DNA from: the human T2T-CHM13v2.0 reference genome, Homo sapiens
Length of the DNA: 64,000 bases
Assembly (NCBI RefSeq): GCF_009914755.1
Contig: NC_060925.1
Direction: 5' to 3' (one strand)
Shown piece after piece: positions 26,146 to 39,700 of this stretch. Below the pieces are notes generated by a model, which was not told where the DNA came from, searched no databases, and was given only the letters and a program-made list of their open reading frames with translations. The first letter of the stretch is position 1. Every line of letters starts with the position of its first letter. The translations under genes and the position numbers were made by a program.

Positions 26146-27504
26146 CCACGTTCATCCCTAGAGCTTCACTATAGGGCTAGGAGTCATCACTGTAAAAGAA
26201 AACCTAAAGTCATCACTGTAAAAGAAAACGTGTGAGTGTGGCTCTTGGCAACTAAAACAGACCATCTTGGGTGCAGCCAGCACAGGGCACCATTTTGACA
26301 TTTCACATCCATCTACTGCATCAAAAATCTTACAGTCACTTAGAGATAAGTCAGGGCAAGGAAGCCACGGAGTGCTCACTCATCTACCTTCATCAAAATC
26401 CCAAACGCCAGTCAGCAAACTGTGCACCTTTTGTTTTAATTTGGATAATGATACATAATCTTGACTAAGAATGGCCTATAAGAAATGCAGGATGTGTACT
26501 GTAAACTCTTGCTGAGGTCATATAATGTCTTCCCATTGATGTATGGGATACTGAAGCCAACGGCAGGTCTAGTAACTGCAGTTATTTTAAAGCAGGGGTT
26601 AATGTGATATATTGAGATCTGCAATAACTAATGTGATGAGACTTCTGTTGGTGACAGTCAAAGGTTCAACTAATACTGAAGCTGTCTACAGTCAGGATGG
26701 AAGGAAATGCCACATTCAACTGGAAGTTAGTGAAAGTAGCCATGATTTTCCCCATGTAATCTTGCTAATAATTCTAATAGGCTGGCCCATGGCAGTTAGC
26801 TTAGGTGCAGTGCCACAACCATGGCAGCCATTCCTTCAAATAAGCCCCTCCTTCTCTCCCCCCAGCATACCCACTGATTCTGTTCTCTGGAGAACCTGAC
26901 TGACGCAGTCACCCTGCTGGGCAGCATGGGGAAAGAAACAAATGAGCTCAGGGTGCTCCAGGAACAGCCTGGACGTTTCTGGATCTGCCCCAAGGGAAGC
27001 CCTTAGCTCCTGTAGCTGCAGGACAGAGCTTTGTGAAAACAGAATCTGGAGTCTCCTGCTGCAGATGGCTGAATTCTAACTGTGCATGGCATCTGCTGTG
27101 ACATTGAGGGCATGACCGAGAAGGAATGGGACCCTGAGAACCCCAGTGTAGACGCATGGCTGCAGTCTGCAGAAGCTGGGGACGCTGAGTCCCTGAAGGC
27201 CACAGAAACTTCCTGGCCAGTAGAGGTAGCCCTTCCTCCCAGTCTAGGGAGATTCATCCTGCAAGACGTGCCGGGTTCTCCTCAGCTTCTGTCCCCACAC
27301 CTGTAGATGCTCAACTAGACTCCAATCCCAGCAGAGGCTGAAAGACAGGGTGCAGAGTGTACTCTGAGGAGGAGGTGCAGTCGGCACCAACAGGAATCTG
27401 GAGCATGCGGACGAGAGTGGGTGTTGAGAGTGTGGGTGGTGGGGAAGCATCTAATGCTGAGTCTGGCTGAGGCTGGGGGAAGGGGCCTGCTAGGCAGAGC
27501 TTCA

Positions 27505-27590
27505 GTTGTCACGTGTGCCTGCTACAGTATGGACAGCGCAGACGTAGAACATTCCATCACTGCAGAAAGGTCTGTTAGATAGCTCCCTAG
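27505..27590 (+). mobile_element. MER3 hAT-Charlie fragment
   Basis: tggacagcgcagacgtagaacattccatcactgcagaaag. Confidence 0.6.
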
Positions 27591-27928
27591 ACAGTAAGTA
27601 CAGGTTTCATTTTGAATCAAGATGACCCAGATCAAGGCAGCAGGGTGTGGGCAGAGTGATATTCTAGGCAGAAGGTGTGCATTTTTGCTGTCTTTTTGCT
27701 GGTTGGCTTTGCATCTAGATGAATGTTCTCACTGCTGGCCCCCAGCTTTCTCTTCTCACACTGGAGATAAAAGTCCCTGTGCCTCCTGCTTCATGGAGTG
27801 CTTGTGGAAATGAAGTAGAGTAAAATGGCAACATGCTTTACAAAGGTTAAAACCGTTTTCCAAAAAAAAAGGTATTACTCCTTAAAAATGAACTGATCCA
27901 GTTTTCCATGTTTTGTTTGCTTTTTCAG

Positions 27929-28419
27929 ATTGCTGACAGAACTGGAATCTCCTGCTTGGTGGCCCTTTAGCTCCAAGCTTTGGAAGACACCACCGGAAAC
28001 AAAGCCCAGGGAAGATGTCTCCATGACCAGTTGTGAACCCTTTGGGAAAGAAGGGATACTGATAAAAATTCCTGCTGTTATTTCCCACAGAACAGAGTCT
28101 CACGTTAAACCAGGGAGGCTCACCGTCCTTGTGTCTGGGTTGGAAATACATGACTCCAGTTCTTTGCTCATGCACAGGTTTGAAAGAGAAGACGTGGACG
28201 ACATCAAGGTCCACTCACCTTACGAAATTAGCATCCGCCAGCGGTTTATTGGAAAGCCAGACATGGCCTATCGTTTGATATCTGCCAAGATGCCAGAGGT
28301 TATCCCCATTTTAGAAGTGCAGTTCAGCAAGAAGATGGAGCTGTTAGAAGATGCATTGGTGCTCAGAAGCGCAAGAACCTCTTCCCCCGCAGAGAAGAGC
28401 TGCTCAGTCTGGCATGCAG
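27929..28419 (+). CDS. SNAP47: SNAP47 exon 3 (end of SNARE1, second PH-like region)
   Basis: Acceptor tttttcag|A, donor G|gttag; LLTELESPAWWPF...KSCSVWHA. Confidence 0.96.
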
Positions 28420-28676
28420 GTTAGTGACCGACAAGGCAGTGAGCGCGTGCACAGACTTCTAAAATTACAGGCAGACTCAGCACGCCTGTGGGAAATGCCT
28501 AACAGATGCGTCACCTAGAGCAGCTGCTGGCCTCCAGCTTGCTAGAGACAGCTCGTTTGTTTATACATAAAAACAATTCCAGACCATTTTCCTTGTACTT
28601 GACATCTGTGAATCTGAAATCACTGAGAGTTAACTGTACACTTGATAGGTGCGTGAATTCCAAAGCGGTTGGTACC

Positions 28677-29087
28677 ATGCTTTGGATACAGTTTATCCTC
28701 ACCAAAGCTCATGTGGAAATTTGGTCGCCAGTGTGGCAGGGCTGGGAGGTGTTTGGTCACAAGGACTCTGCCCTCTGGGTGGCTCAGTGATGTTCTCATG
28801 GTAGTGAGTGAGTGCTCCCTCTGGGAAGCCTGGATGAATTCTGGGAATGCATTAGTTCCCAAGAGTGGGTTGTTAGGAGGCAGGATGCCCCTCTGATTCT
28901 GTCTCTTTGCCTGTGTCCGCTTCCCCCTTGAGTGTCTCTGCCACAACACGAGAGCCCTTGGTGGAAGCCAGGGCATGCCCTTGGACTTCCCAGCCCACAG
29001 AACTGTCAGTTGACTAAAGGTCTGTTCTTCGTAAATTACCCAGTCTCAGGTGCTCAGTTATGGTGATGCAGAACCTGCTACGACACA
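28677..29087 (+). mobile_element. MaLR LTR (MST-type)
   Basis: ggacttcccagcc...aaattacccagtctcagg, typical MST 3' part. Confidence 0.75.
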
Positions 29088-29939
29088 GAAAGGGCTTTCA
29101 GAATGAGTGCATCAGAGCAAAAGGAAGCTCCTGCTGTTGTCTCTGTCATCTCCCCTCATTTTGATGTGGGAACCAGCACCTCAGGATTGTTACTGGCACC
29201 ATCTCCACTTCCCCTGGTGGGGCCATTCCCATCACCCCTACTTTGCCCACTCTTGTTTCCCTGGGCATTTAATCTAGGTTTTCCTAGCCTGGCGCCCAAA
29301 CATGCTATTAGGGATCTGTGTGTTGGAGAACTGTGCAGCGTGGTTCTGTGTGTTTGTGGCATTCTCAGATGTGTGTGGAGTGGCCATGGTACCTTCCCGC
29401 AGACTCCATTGTAGATTGTGAATGCTCAGCTGGCCTGTCCTGGGGGCCGGGCTGAGGGGCAGACACCCTGGGTCTTGGCACGTCCACCACGTTTGGCCTA
29501 CCTCCTCCCTAGCACAGGACCGAGGCTTATGTGCTAGGAGCCGCCATGGTCCTGCCCGTCTGATGGGAGGCTGGTGGCCTCTTGGTGTTATTCTTGCCTT
29601 TACCCTTTCCTTGGTTAGGAGGTGGGGCCTCTGATGCGTTGTATTTGTTTTGGCCCTGCAGGTTTTGCTCTATGGATGGCCTGTTCTGTTTTCTTCTTTC
29701 CTCATGTGCTTTCTTCCCCCACAGATGTGCACGACTTTCCTACTATCCTAGTCCATCAGCCTTGGCTGGCTTTAGAGGCTATAGCCACTTCCTCTAGAGT
29801 CTCTTCCTCCCTTACAGAAATCTTTTATCTTGCCATGGTAAAATCCACCGATTTTCCCCTGCAGTTTGTCTTCGAGCTCTGATTAAGAAATCTGAATGTC
29901 ATAAAAGACTCCATTTTCTAATATTAGCATTATAGCTAA

Positions 29940-30050
29940 TACGCATGCATGTATACATATGTACACATGTGTATCAATGCCTATGTATTGTGCATGTATG
30001 TGACATGTACGTCCACACTATAATGCGTGTCTATACGTACAGCATGTAAA
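29940..30050 (+). repeat. Alternating purine-pyrimidine low-complexity tract
   Basis: gcatgcatgtatacatatgtacacatgtgta. Confidence 0.7.
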
Positions 30051-31874
30051 GCTGTATTCTTCAGGATTTTAAATGCCAGGTGTCTGTTAAAAGTAAGAGA
30101 TATTTGCTACCCTTTCGGTTTCTCTAATTTTTCTCTTAAGAGAAAGATTTCAGTTCCTATAACCTGTTTCTCTAACATGAAAATGTTTTGCTTGCTATTC
30201 CAGATGGCTTCAAGTTTCGGAAAGAAATACACATAATAATAGATTGAGTCCCATGAGCCCCAGGGCTGAATACACACCCTAAAAATGAAAGGTGCACACC
30301 TTAGATATGCAGCACGTAGTTGAATCACAGAAAACCTACCACCTTTCTGTATATGTCTTAAAGTCAGGGGTTGCAAAGAGAGGCATTGACCCCTATGGAA
30401 TGGAGCATGTGGTGTGAAATGTAATGAAATCCATTGATCAAGATGAGATCAAAGGTCACCATGAGCTGCTGTCACTAAAGTGCAGGCCTGAACCCGAGTG
30501 TCCTAGTGGGAGACAGGCTACAGAAGCATAGGAAGCAGAGGTCTTCACCCACATTCAAGGTAAATGGTACAGGCGTACTCCTGCACGTGGCTTCAGGGAG
30601 GAGGTATGTGACGTGCTGTGGACTGGTGGTGTGGGGACTGAAGAGGGGTCCCTGGGTATGTGTGGCGTCAGGCAGGAAGTTTGTGACATTCTGTGGAGTT
30701 CAGGACTGCTCTCCAGGGTCCCAGTAGAGAAGCACTCAGTGTGTTTAGTGGCCCTGCCATGTTGCCGACCTGGCTGCACCGTGGTGGCGAGCACTCCTGT
30801 GTTCCGCAGGCTGGTGTTTGTAAGTGGGTTCCTGCAATCTGTGCCGTTTGAGGTCAGAGGGCTATCACCTTTTCTGGGGGCCTCAACGTGCATTCAGGAT
30901 TCAGGACTGATGGCGTCACCCTCCCTGCTCGGCTAGGAGGGCCCCCTTAGTTCAGGTCACCTGAGTGTGGGTTGTAGCCACAGCGAGCACCGTCTTTTCA
31001 CTTGCACAGCTGCACCCGGCCCGTGGTGTTTTGAGTACCTGGGGCAGCCATCTTGCCATGTGGCACACACAGCACACAGTCCCACAGGGACCTGCTGCAT
31101 GTGTGAGATGGACTGTTGCTCCTGTGGGGGACTGTTGTGCCACCTTTCCGTGCTCACTTTCACCCCCATGGGCAACCTGGCCTGTCCAGGTAAGTGCTGG
31201 TCTCATGGGGGCAGCTGTGCCTCCAGAGGGTGTTCTTGAAGAGGCTCCATGCAGGGGTTGGAGCGTGTGGTGCCCTGCCTGGTGCTATGTTAGCAAGAAG
31301 GCGGCGCCCCGTTTGATGGGAGCTCAGTAGTCTGTGGGGCACTTGTGGCTCTGAGGCCTTGCCTCTGCCTGCCGCCTGCTGCTGTTGTCCATGCGTAGGC
31401 ACAGGGACTCTGTGCCAGCTTCCCTGTGTTTACTGCTCTCAGCTGGAAACTGTGGGCTCCCTGGAGGTGGAAACCATGACGGATGTCTCAGAAATCCCTG
31501 CCTCTGGGACGAGCGCTGGTGCACGTGTGGCCACAGGGTGGCAGCCTCGCGACACCGGATGGGCGCTTGTCAGGGAGGGACACCCGGGGCGGGGAGCCTT
31601 TCCAGAGACCTCTGCAGGGCTGCGTGCCAAGTGCACGTTTTATTTTATTCTAGACACTCGTCCTTGCGTTGAGGAGCACCCAGGACCGCACAATCACCCT
31701 CCTCACATGTCTCTGGGCCCTGTGGCTTCTGACAGCCTTCTGGAGGCTGGGCCAGGGCTTGCACAGCAGCCTCTGTCTCAGATTTTCTTGCAGTCGGCCT
31801 GGGCTGTGGTTTGGGAGGAAGGCCACAGGGTGAGGTTTCCTTCCCACACATCCTACCAAGGGACATGCACAGTA

Positions 31875-32185
31875 TTTTCTTTTTCTTTTTATTTATTTTT
31901 TTCTTTTAGAGACAGGGCCTTGCCCTGTCATCCAGGCTGGAGTGCAGAGGTGCAATCATAGCTCACTGTAACTTCAATCTCCTGGGCCCAAGACATCCTC
32001 CTGCCTTGGCCTCTCAAGTAGCTGGGACTATAGGCACATATCACCATGCCCAGCTAATTTTTTTTTTTTTTAATTATGGGGTCTTGCCGTGTTGCCTAGG
32101 CTGGTCTTGAACTCCTGGGCTCAAGTGATCCTCTCACCTCAGCCTCCCAGAGTGCTGGGATTTCAGGCGTGAGCCTCTACCCTGC
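31875..32185 (-). mobile_element. AluJ
   Basis: Reverse Alu dimer. Confidence 0.9.
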
Positions 32186-33420
32186 TGTGCACAGCGTATT
32201 TGAAGGCTGTTTGATCACTGAGATTTTTCTTTGTCACTCACTGCCTGTCTTGGGGGTAAGGCCTGCCTGGGCTTCCAGCTCCCTGATGACAGCCTTGCCT
32301 GTACCTCTGCTTCCCCGGGCCGTGTGTCTGTCTGCACAGCAGCACCAGCAGCAGGACAGGGCAGGAGGCAGGCGGATGCAGTGGGCAGTTAGTAAAGGAC
32401 CAGAGCATTGGGGTGGCTGAGGTTGTCTCTGCAGTTCGTTAGTGCCAGGCGTCTTTTGAGGCAGGGAAGTTCCCACTGGAGCTGAAGCACCCAGGAGCCT
32501 GCTGTGGCACCGCGGGCTCGGGTTGGGCTGACTGGGGAGCCTGGGGGTACTGCATCAGCTGGCCTGGAGCCTATCAGAGGATGCCGCTCAGCCCCCACCT
32601 GCGCGTGCGTATTGGTTGAGTGGGAGATGGAGCACACAAGCTGCTGTCTCCTCCATTCAGCTCCCTACGCTGTCCTTACCTGTGCGCTAGCTTCACAGGC
32701 CCACTAGGCCCAGCAGAGGCCTTTCCTGGGTGACAGGTGAGTGTTGGAGGCCAGGGCTGAGGGAAGGGGCTTGCTGGAGACAGACAGGCTGGTGGCCCAG
32801 GTCCCCGCTCCCAGGCAGGTGCAGGCAGCCCCTCCTCAGCACTGGCAGTGAAGACAGAGCTGTGTCTTGCACAGGGGCCTGTGGCCTCAGGGCACTCTCT
32901 TTCCAGATGACCAAGACATTCTGCAGCCAGCAGTGTGCCCTGGGCTCTTCCTGGGCTGGCTTCCTGCACCCCCAGGCCAGCAAGGCTGTGCATAGGTGTC
33001 TGGAACACTTCCTACTCCCGGACAGTCGAGTCACCCCACCCTTCTTGCTGTGAACCACCTGTGATGCTTTTGTTTAATTGCAGTCACTCATGACCCCAAG
33101 GCAGAAACCATCCTTACAGAACCAAATTAAGCTTTCCTGGAAGAAATGTTAAAAAGAGTGACTCAGCAGCTCCACGAGCACTGTGGCTCTGGAGATGGCA
33201 GCATGCAGCCTCACCAGGATCCCAGCCACCGCGCCCAGCAGAAACATCCATGGCTTGAGGCGTAAGAATTCTGTCCAGCCTTCTGAGTGTTTAAGCAAAG
33301 TCCTATTTGTTAAAATTCCAGAACGGCCTGAGTGTCTCTGTCACGCAGCCTCAGGTGCTGAAATGAAAGCCATGTCGTAGGTAGGGAGGCCCAGGGGCTC
33401 TGCCCTGAAGAGCCTGTGTC

Positions 33421-33992
<572 letters not shown>

Positions 33993-35892
33993 TTAAAGCC
34001 CACATTGTAGCCAAGGAATTGCAGCTTGAGAAGATGCTGAGGAAAGCACACAGTCCTTCAGCTCCCAACACCCAGCAAGTCAAAGGGCACCAGCACATAG
34101 CAGGCTTATAGACCATCACACAGCACATTGCAGACAGCACACTGCAGACCAGACTACGAGAGCCTTGGGCAGGGCGGGGTGGGGTATGGGGCTCTTGGAG
34201 GAAGGAGGCACTGGTGCAGCGCAGGCTGGGCAGTTTGTGCCCCTCCATTCCTGTGGCCTAGGCTGTGCTGGTGCTGCGAGGTGGACGGGGGCCACCCTGT
34301 GATCTCAGGTCACCAGAGGCACACATCCTCTGAGTTTGTGGCTGTGTCTTCCAGCCTAGCTTGGCCTGTGCACTGTGGCTCAGTGTTTCAGAGAAGGGCT
34401 CCTCAGTGAGCAGCTTCATGTGAGGGCCTGCAGGCTCCTATGGGTAATGCACAAATTCAGAGAAGCACAGTAGTGGGCCGCAGCTTCCCAGAGAGCACCC
34501 ACATACAGCTTGGGTGTTGCAAACCTAGGTTGTGAAATTGTTGTTGGTTGTAACCAGAGTTTGTTTCTGAAGAGTGGGATAGGAAAACAGCCCACTGGGC
34601 AATCTGTCCCGCTGGTGCTATCTGTGAAGGGAGCCCCTTACTTCCCACCTGAGTCTCACCCCACTTCCCCACTTGCACTCGCACCCATCTGCTGGGCCTG
34701 GAGCTGCTCCCTCTTTAGGGCCATCCCTGTGCTCAGTCCCCTGTGGCCCTGGGCAAGGCTGGTCCTTCTCTGCTCAGCCGGGTGCTGTCAGGGAGGGTGA
34801 GCTTGTCAGGATCATTTGGGGGTTGATAGGCTGGCGGGGGTGGCATCTTGGAGGTGGCATCTCTCCTGTGGAGGGTGGGGTTGGAAGGTGAGCTTGTCAA
34901 GATCATTTAGGGAGTGATAGGCTAGAGGGGGTATGCCCTTGGCCCCAGCAAGAGTGCACCCCCAGGTATCCCCCCTTTCCTCTCCTTTTCTGATGTCACG
35001 CTCAGCCACTGCTCCCGGGCTGCATCCATCAGGATTGAGGAGGGTACGGGCTCTGCTGGCTGAGGTAGGAACCTGGGAGGGATGCTGAGGCCACCCACCT
35101 GCCTGCCTGCCCCATCAGGAGCTGGCACTGCAGCTGCACTCTCCCTGCCTGTTTCCTGACATCCTCGTAAATGACGGCTGCACCAGACGTAGGGGAGCTG
35201 CGTGTGCTGCAGAAGAGCAAACAACATTGCGCCCTTATCTGGGCCCCGGGGTGTCAAGGCTGCTGTTGAAGCTGCTCTGTAAATAAAGGGCAGGTGGCCT
35301 CTGCAGGAGGCACACTGGGCCACCTTCTGCGGAGCGAGACTGCCTCTGGCAGGTGGCTTGGAGCCCTGAGGCTCACCACAGGGTGGAAACACCCAGGTCC
35401 TCTCTGAGCCTGACCACGGGCAGCTCTGACTCACCTCCCACCTCGGTGGCGCAGACGTGTGGCAGTGCTTGGCCTGGGCTGTGGGCCACTTCCTGTGCTC
35501 TCCAGAACCTCAGCCTTCTGCAGAGTAGCTCAGATGTCGCTGCAGTTCCCCAGTCGTGTGTGATGTGCATTTCACCAGAGTTCAATGATTCTTGTGTTTT
35601 TTACTCCAAATCTTCAGCCTTTCTCAAAAATAAAATAAAATAAAACCACTTGGGATGTAGGGCTTTTACTCTGAGAGGTACAGAGTGGCCACCGTCTGTT
35701 TGCAGTGTTGCAGACCCTAATCCTTCGGGGCCGGGTGGCAAGGCAAGGCTCACAGAGGTCGAGAGAGGAAGCAGTCCTGCGTGTGGTGGCGGGAGGAACA
35801 CCGCCTCAAAGACCACGCTCTGCCATCCAGAGCACACGAGGGTTGTTGCAACTCCGAGAGATGTCACTGCTGACCATCTGCTCTCCTTGCAG

Positions 35893-36017
35893 CATCTGGG
35901 CTGATGGGCCGTACCCTGCACCGTGAGCCACCCGCAGGAGACCAGGAGGGCACAGCACTGCACCTGCAGACAAGCCTGCCAGCCCTTTCTGAGGCAGATA
36001 CCCAGGAACTAACCCAG
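35893..36017 (+). CDS. SNAP47: SNAP47 exon 4 (linker, start of SNARE2)
   Basis: Acceptor ctccttgcag|CA, donor CAG|gtaag; SGLMGRTLH...QELTQ. Confidence 0.95.
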
Positions 36018-36289
36018 GTAAGATGTCCCCAGTGCCATGCCAGCCAGCGCTGTGTCCCAGTCTTCCCGCAGGCTGCTCCTCTTGCCTTTCTGATCACAAA
36101 CAAGCTCTGGGTCATCCATCCGTATTGGCCTCGCACCAAGGAGGAGCTGCTGGCCTCCACTCGGCAGCTGCAGGGAGGGAGGAAGGGCAGTGTCCGTCCC
36201 AGGTCCACACACTTCCTGGAACACAACATGCACCACATTCAGACACATTCCTATGCACACACAGCTGCCCTGGCTACCACCTGCACCCA

Positions 36290-36780
36290 TTGTACATGTC
36301 CGTGTGTGTGTGTGCACAGGTGTGTATGTTTACCGTGCATGTACATGTGCATGCTGTGTGTAGTGTGCATGTACTGTACACATTGTGCATTTGTGTGTAG
36401 TATGTGTGCTATGTGTACATATGTTATGCATGTACTTGTACTGTGTATGTGCATGTGCATGTGTGTGTACTTGTGAGTACATGTGTGTGTTGTGTGTGTT
36501 GTGTGTGTATGCACATGTGTGTGCTGTGCATGTGGTGTATGTGTTGCATGTACTATGCATGTATATGTGCTGTATGTGTACCTTGTGTGTACTGTGCATG
36601 GGCATGTGTATATGTGCATGTCTTGTGTGTGGAGCGTGCATGTACTGTACATGTATGTGTACTCTGTGTGTGCTGTGCATGTGCGTGCATGTGTGCTCTG
36701 TATACTGTGCATGCATGCAGGTACATGCCTGCTGTGTGTTGCGTGTTCTGTGTGTGCACTGTATGCATGCACAGTCGGGT
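36290..36780 (+). repeat. About 490 bp TG/TGCA/TGTA-rich degenerate microsatellite
   Basis: Directly visible; produces Cys/His/Thr-rich pseudo-ORFs. Confidence 0.92.
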
Positions 36781-39700
36781 GCATGGCTCACTCAGCCCTC
36801 ATGTGCTGAGCACTGGTTCTTAAGGAGGCTCAGCACTTTGTGCCTGGGAGGCTGGAATTTTAATGTTCAGTGTAAATACTCCTATCTTGTCCAGAGGTTG
36901 TTGCCTAACATGCTGGCTTTCCAAGTAATTTTTGAAGCTGTACTCAGTCATCATATCACTTCATTTGTAAATATCTCCATATGTATCATTAAAGGATAAG
37001 AGCCATTCAGAAAGAACCGTACTGCCACTGTCGCCTTAGGAAACAGGAAGTCATTCCTCAGCACCATCCAGTATCCAGGCAGTGCTCCCACCTTCTGAGC
37101 CCTTGCTGAAGGGTGTGTCCCACAGGGTATGTGGCGCACATGCAGTCTCCAGGTGCAGCTTCCGTCTCGTCTTCCCCTACAGTTGATTCCTGGAAAAAGC
37201 AAAGCTGTCTGTTGGGCTGAGACTGTGCACTTTGGATCTTGCAGTTCTGTGTCCACGCAGGGCATGGGCTCCCCGTCCCTGAGCCTCTGAGTCGGCAGGT
37301 GGGTCTGGGGCTCTGTCAGGCCCGGCCCTGTTTTTGTAGGGAGTGTTTTGTGGATGGCTCTGCCCATGTCCACCAGGAGGTGGATAAAGACACTCTGTCT
37401 CTTATGCCTGTTTTTAAAAACCAATTCTTACTTTACGTGTCTGTGTAGGCATAAACTCCTTTGAGGCCAGCTTGTTTGGGGAAAAAGGTGTTCATATTTG
37501 CTCTGGGGTAATTCAAGTGGACACAGCCTGTCACTTTTTCCTCCCGGCCTCACTTAGTCATGTCTGGTAATGGCACACACAGCACTGCCTGGTAGGTGTA
37601 GCCAGCTCACTCTGCAGGTTCCTAGTCACCTTCAGATACACTCACTGCCTCCAGAACATTCTTGGCCTGGGTCTCGTTTGCTCAGGGTTTTTGAGAAATC
37701 CCAATACTGTAAAGATAGACTTACCTGATTCTTTCCCAGCCATCCTCCTGAGAGTGCCTCGGCACGTGGCTGAGACTGGCAGGATCTGAGCACACCCCAC
37801 TCCCACACCCCACAAAGGTGTCCACGGCCGAGATACTCACTGTATCCCACGGTTGTGTTTAGACTGAAGTAGGAGCAAAGCTTTAAGATGAAAAAATAGG
37901 AATTTTACCTGTTAATTGCAATGGTGGCCATGTAGTTGGAGAGGCCCTCAAGTGTCCACACATCAGACTCTCCTGTCACGTGTGGCGTGTTCTTCACCTC
38001 AAAGCCCGGGAGCGTTGGGGAGGTGGTCAGGTGACTGCACGGAGCTGAGGGTGAGTGGGGCTCCCCACCAGCCATCCAGGCTGTGTCTCCCCTGGGGCTG
38101 CATGGGCACTGCCATCATTAAAGATCCAGCAAGCCCAGTGGCTCAACACCGGGAGGAACAGGCTTCACATTCACGACTGTGGCATCAAGGCCAGTGGCAG
38201 AGCGGGAGGAAGCAGTCACCCAAGGTATGGGGTTGGGAGGGCCCAGGAAGGCCTGGTGTGCCTTGGGGGCAAGGGCAGCACGTTGGTCAGATGCGGGCCC
38301 CCTTCCTTGCAGGAGGAGCCTAGTTTCACAGGAGACTGTCTTTTTGAGGCAATACATGTGTTTCCTATTTAGAGAATTCCTAGTGCACAGTTGAAGCTCA
38401 AGCAGAAGCCAGAGTGAGTTACATTTCTGGGGAAAATAAAAATGCACGAAACCCCCCTTCATCCAGCTGTGGTTTTTGTTGCAGATGCTATTAAAGCCAT
38501 CATGCTGAAACGTGTCCCAGTGGTGTGGGTTGCAACTGGGGGTGCTCAGGAGAGGGTGGCTGTGATCACACAGGACAGGCAGGGGTGACACGGCGAGCCC
38601 TTCTGTCTCTGGGGCCCTGGCCACTGTGTCACTGTGGTTGTGGAGGGTGGAGGGCCGGGGGCTGTAGGAGGTGGATTTGACAGAGCCCCTGACTTGCTTC
38701 TGTTGTCCGCTTCTCTTTGCGGCTGTGGAATCCACTAGGGCCCACGCCATGGACGCGGTGCCTGGACACAGTAGAACTGGAGGTGGTCTAGGGCAGTTCC
38801 CTGGGACACTCCAGCTCATGCAGCCTCATCTGTCTTGTCCTGCTTTGGGGTTGCTGTGTCCACGTCCCTCTGTCTCCAGGGAGGAACCAGGTGGACACTC
38901 AGTGTCGACAGACACTGGGTCTGGCGGGAGAGTGGGTGGGAGCCTCGCTGGTGCCTGATGGTGGGAAAGAAGCCTGCTGCACTCCTGCCGTGGTTCCTGA
39001 TAGGAACAGATGTGCCATGGCCGGTCCCTGTGGGCACAGGTCCCAGGGGTTGCTTGGGTGACGCCTCAGCCTCCTGCCTTATGGCATGGGGCGACCAGCG
39101 TACCACTGCCTGTGACGTCTCCATAAACAACAAATGCAAACACACATGGTAACAGGAAAGCCATGCAACTCATTCCATTCAGAGTCAAAGGGTTCCCAGG
39201 GAGCCGAGCCTGGTGCTGGGACGGGGGTGAGACTGAGGGTGCGGTCAGGCTCACTTGGGGCTCAGGTAGGGCTCACGTGGAGGTGTGGGACTGCAGCTTC
39301 TGGGCATGTGGGGAGCCAGGTGTTTCTGTCCTCACGTCTTTGTTTGGCAGAAACCCTCTGCCCACTCCACAGCGTCATGTCCCATGTGGACCAGTTCTGG
39401 TGATTTGCTGGAACATTCTGAAGTCATTCTGGGGCTCCCTGCCTTCTATGAAACTATTTTCAGAAGGTAACATCCCTTTCTTTCCTTTTGTTTCTCTTTT
39501 TTAGGAACTGGAGAATGCATTGCATCTTCCTCAGGGACCCCCGTTCCTGGTCTGGCTTCCCTCACTTCCCTATCCCTGATGTCTCTAATCTAAACTTTCC
39601 TCAATTAATCTGTGTCCTCTCCTAGTCAGGGGAAAAAACATGTGTGTGTACCTAATGAATGTAAGATAATCATATTCACAGAGTGTCTCCCTAGTACTTG

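Noticed and set aside
34796-34932. Short local duplications (also 26183-26229, 43250/43590, 51395-51505)
   Set aside because: Two-copy slippage-type duplications with no evident function
36251-36999. Cys-rich and His/Thr-rich ORFs resembling metallothionein or keratin-associated proteins
   Set aside because: Translations of a TG/CA microsatellite in all frames
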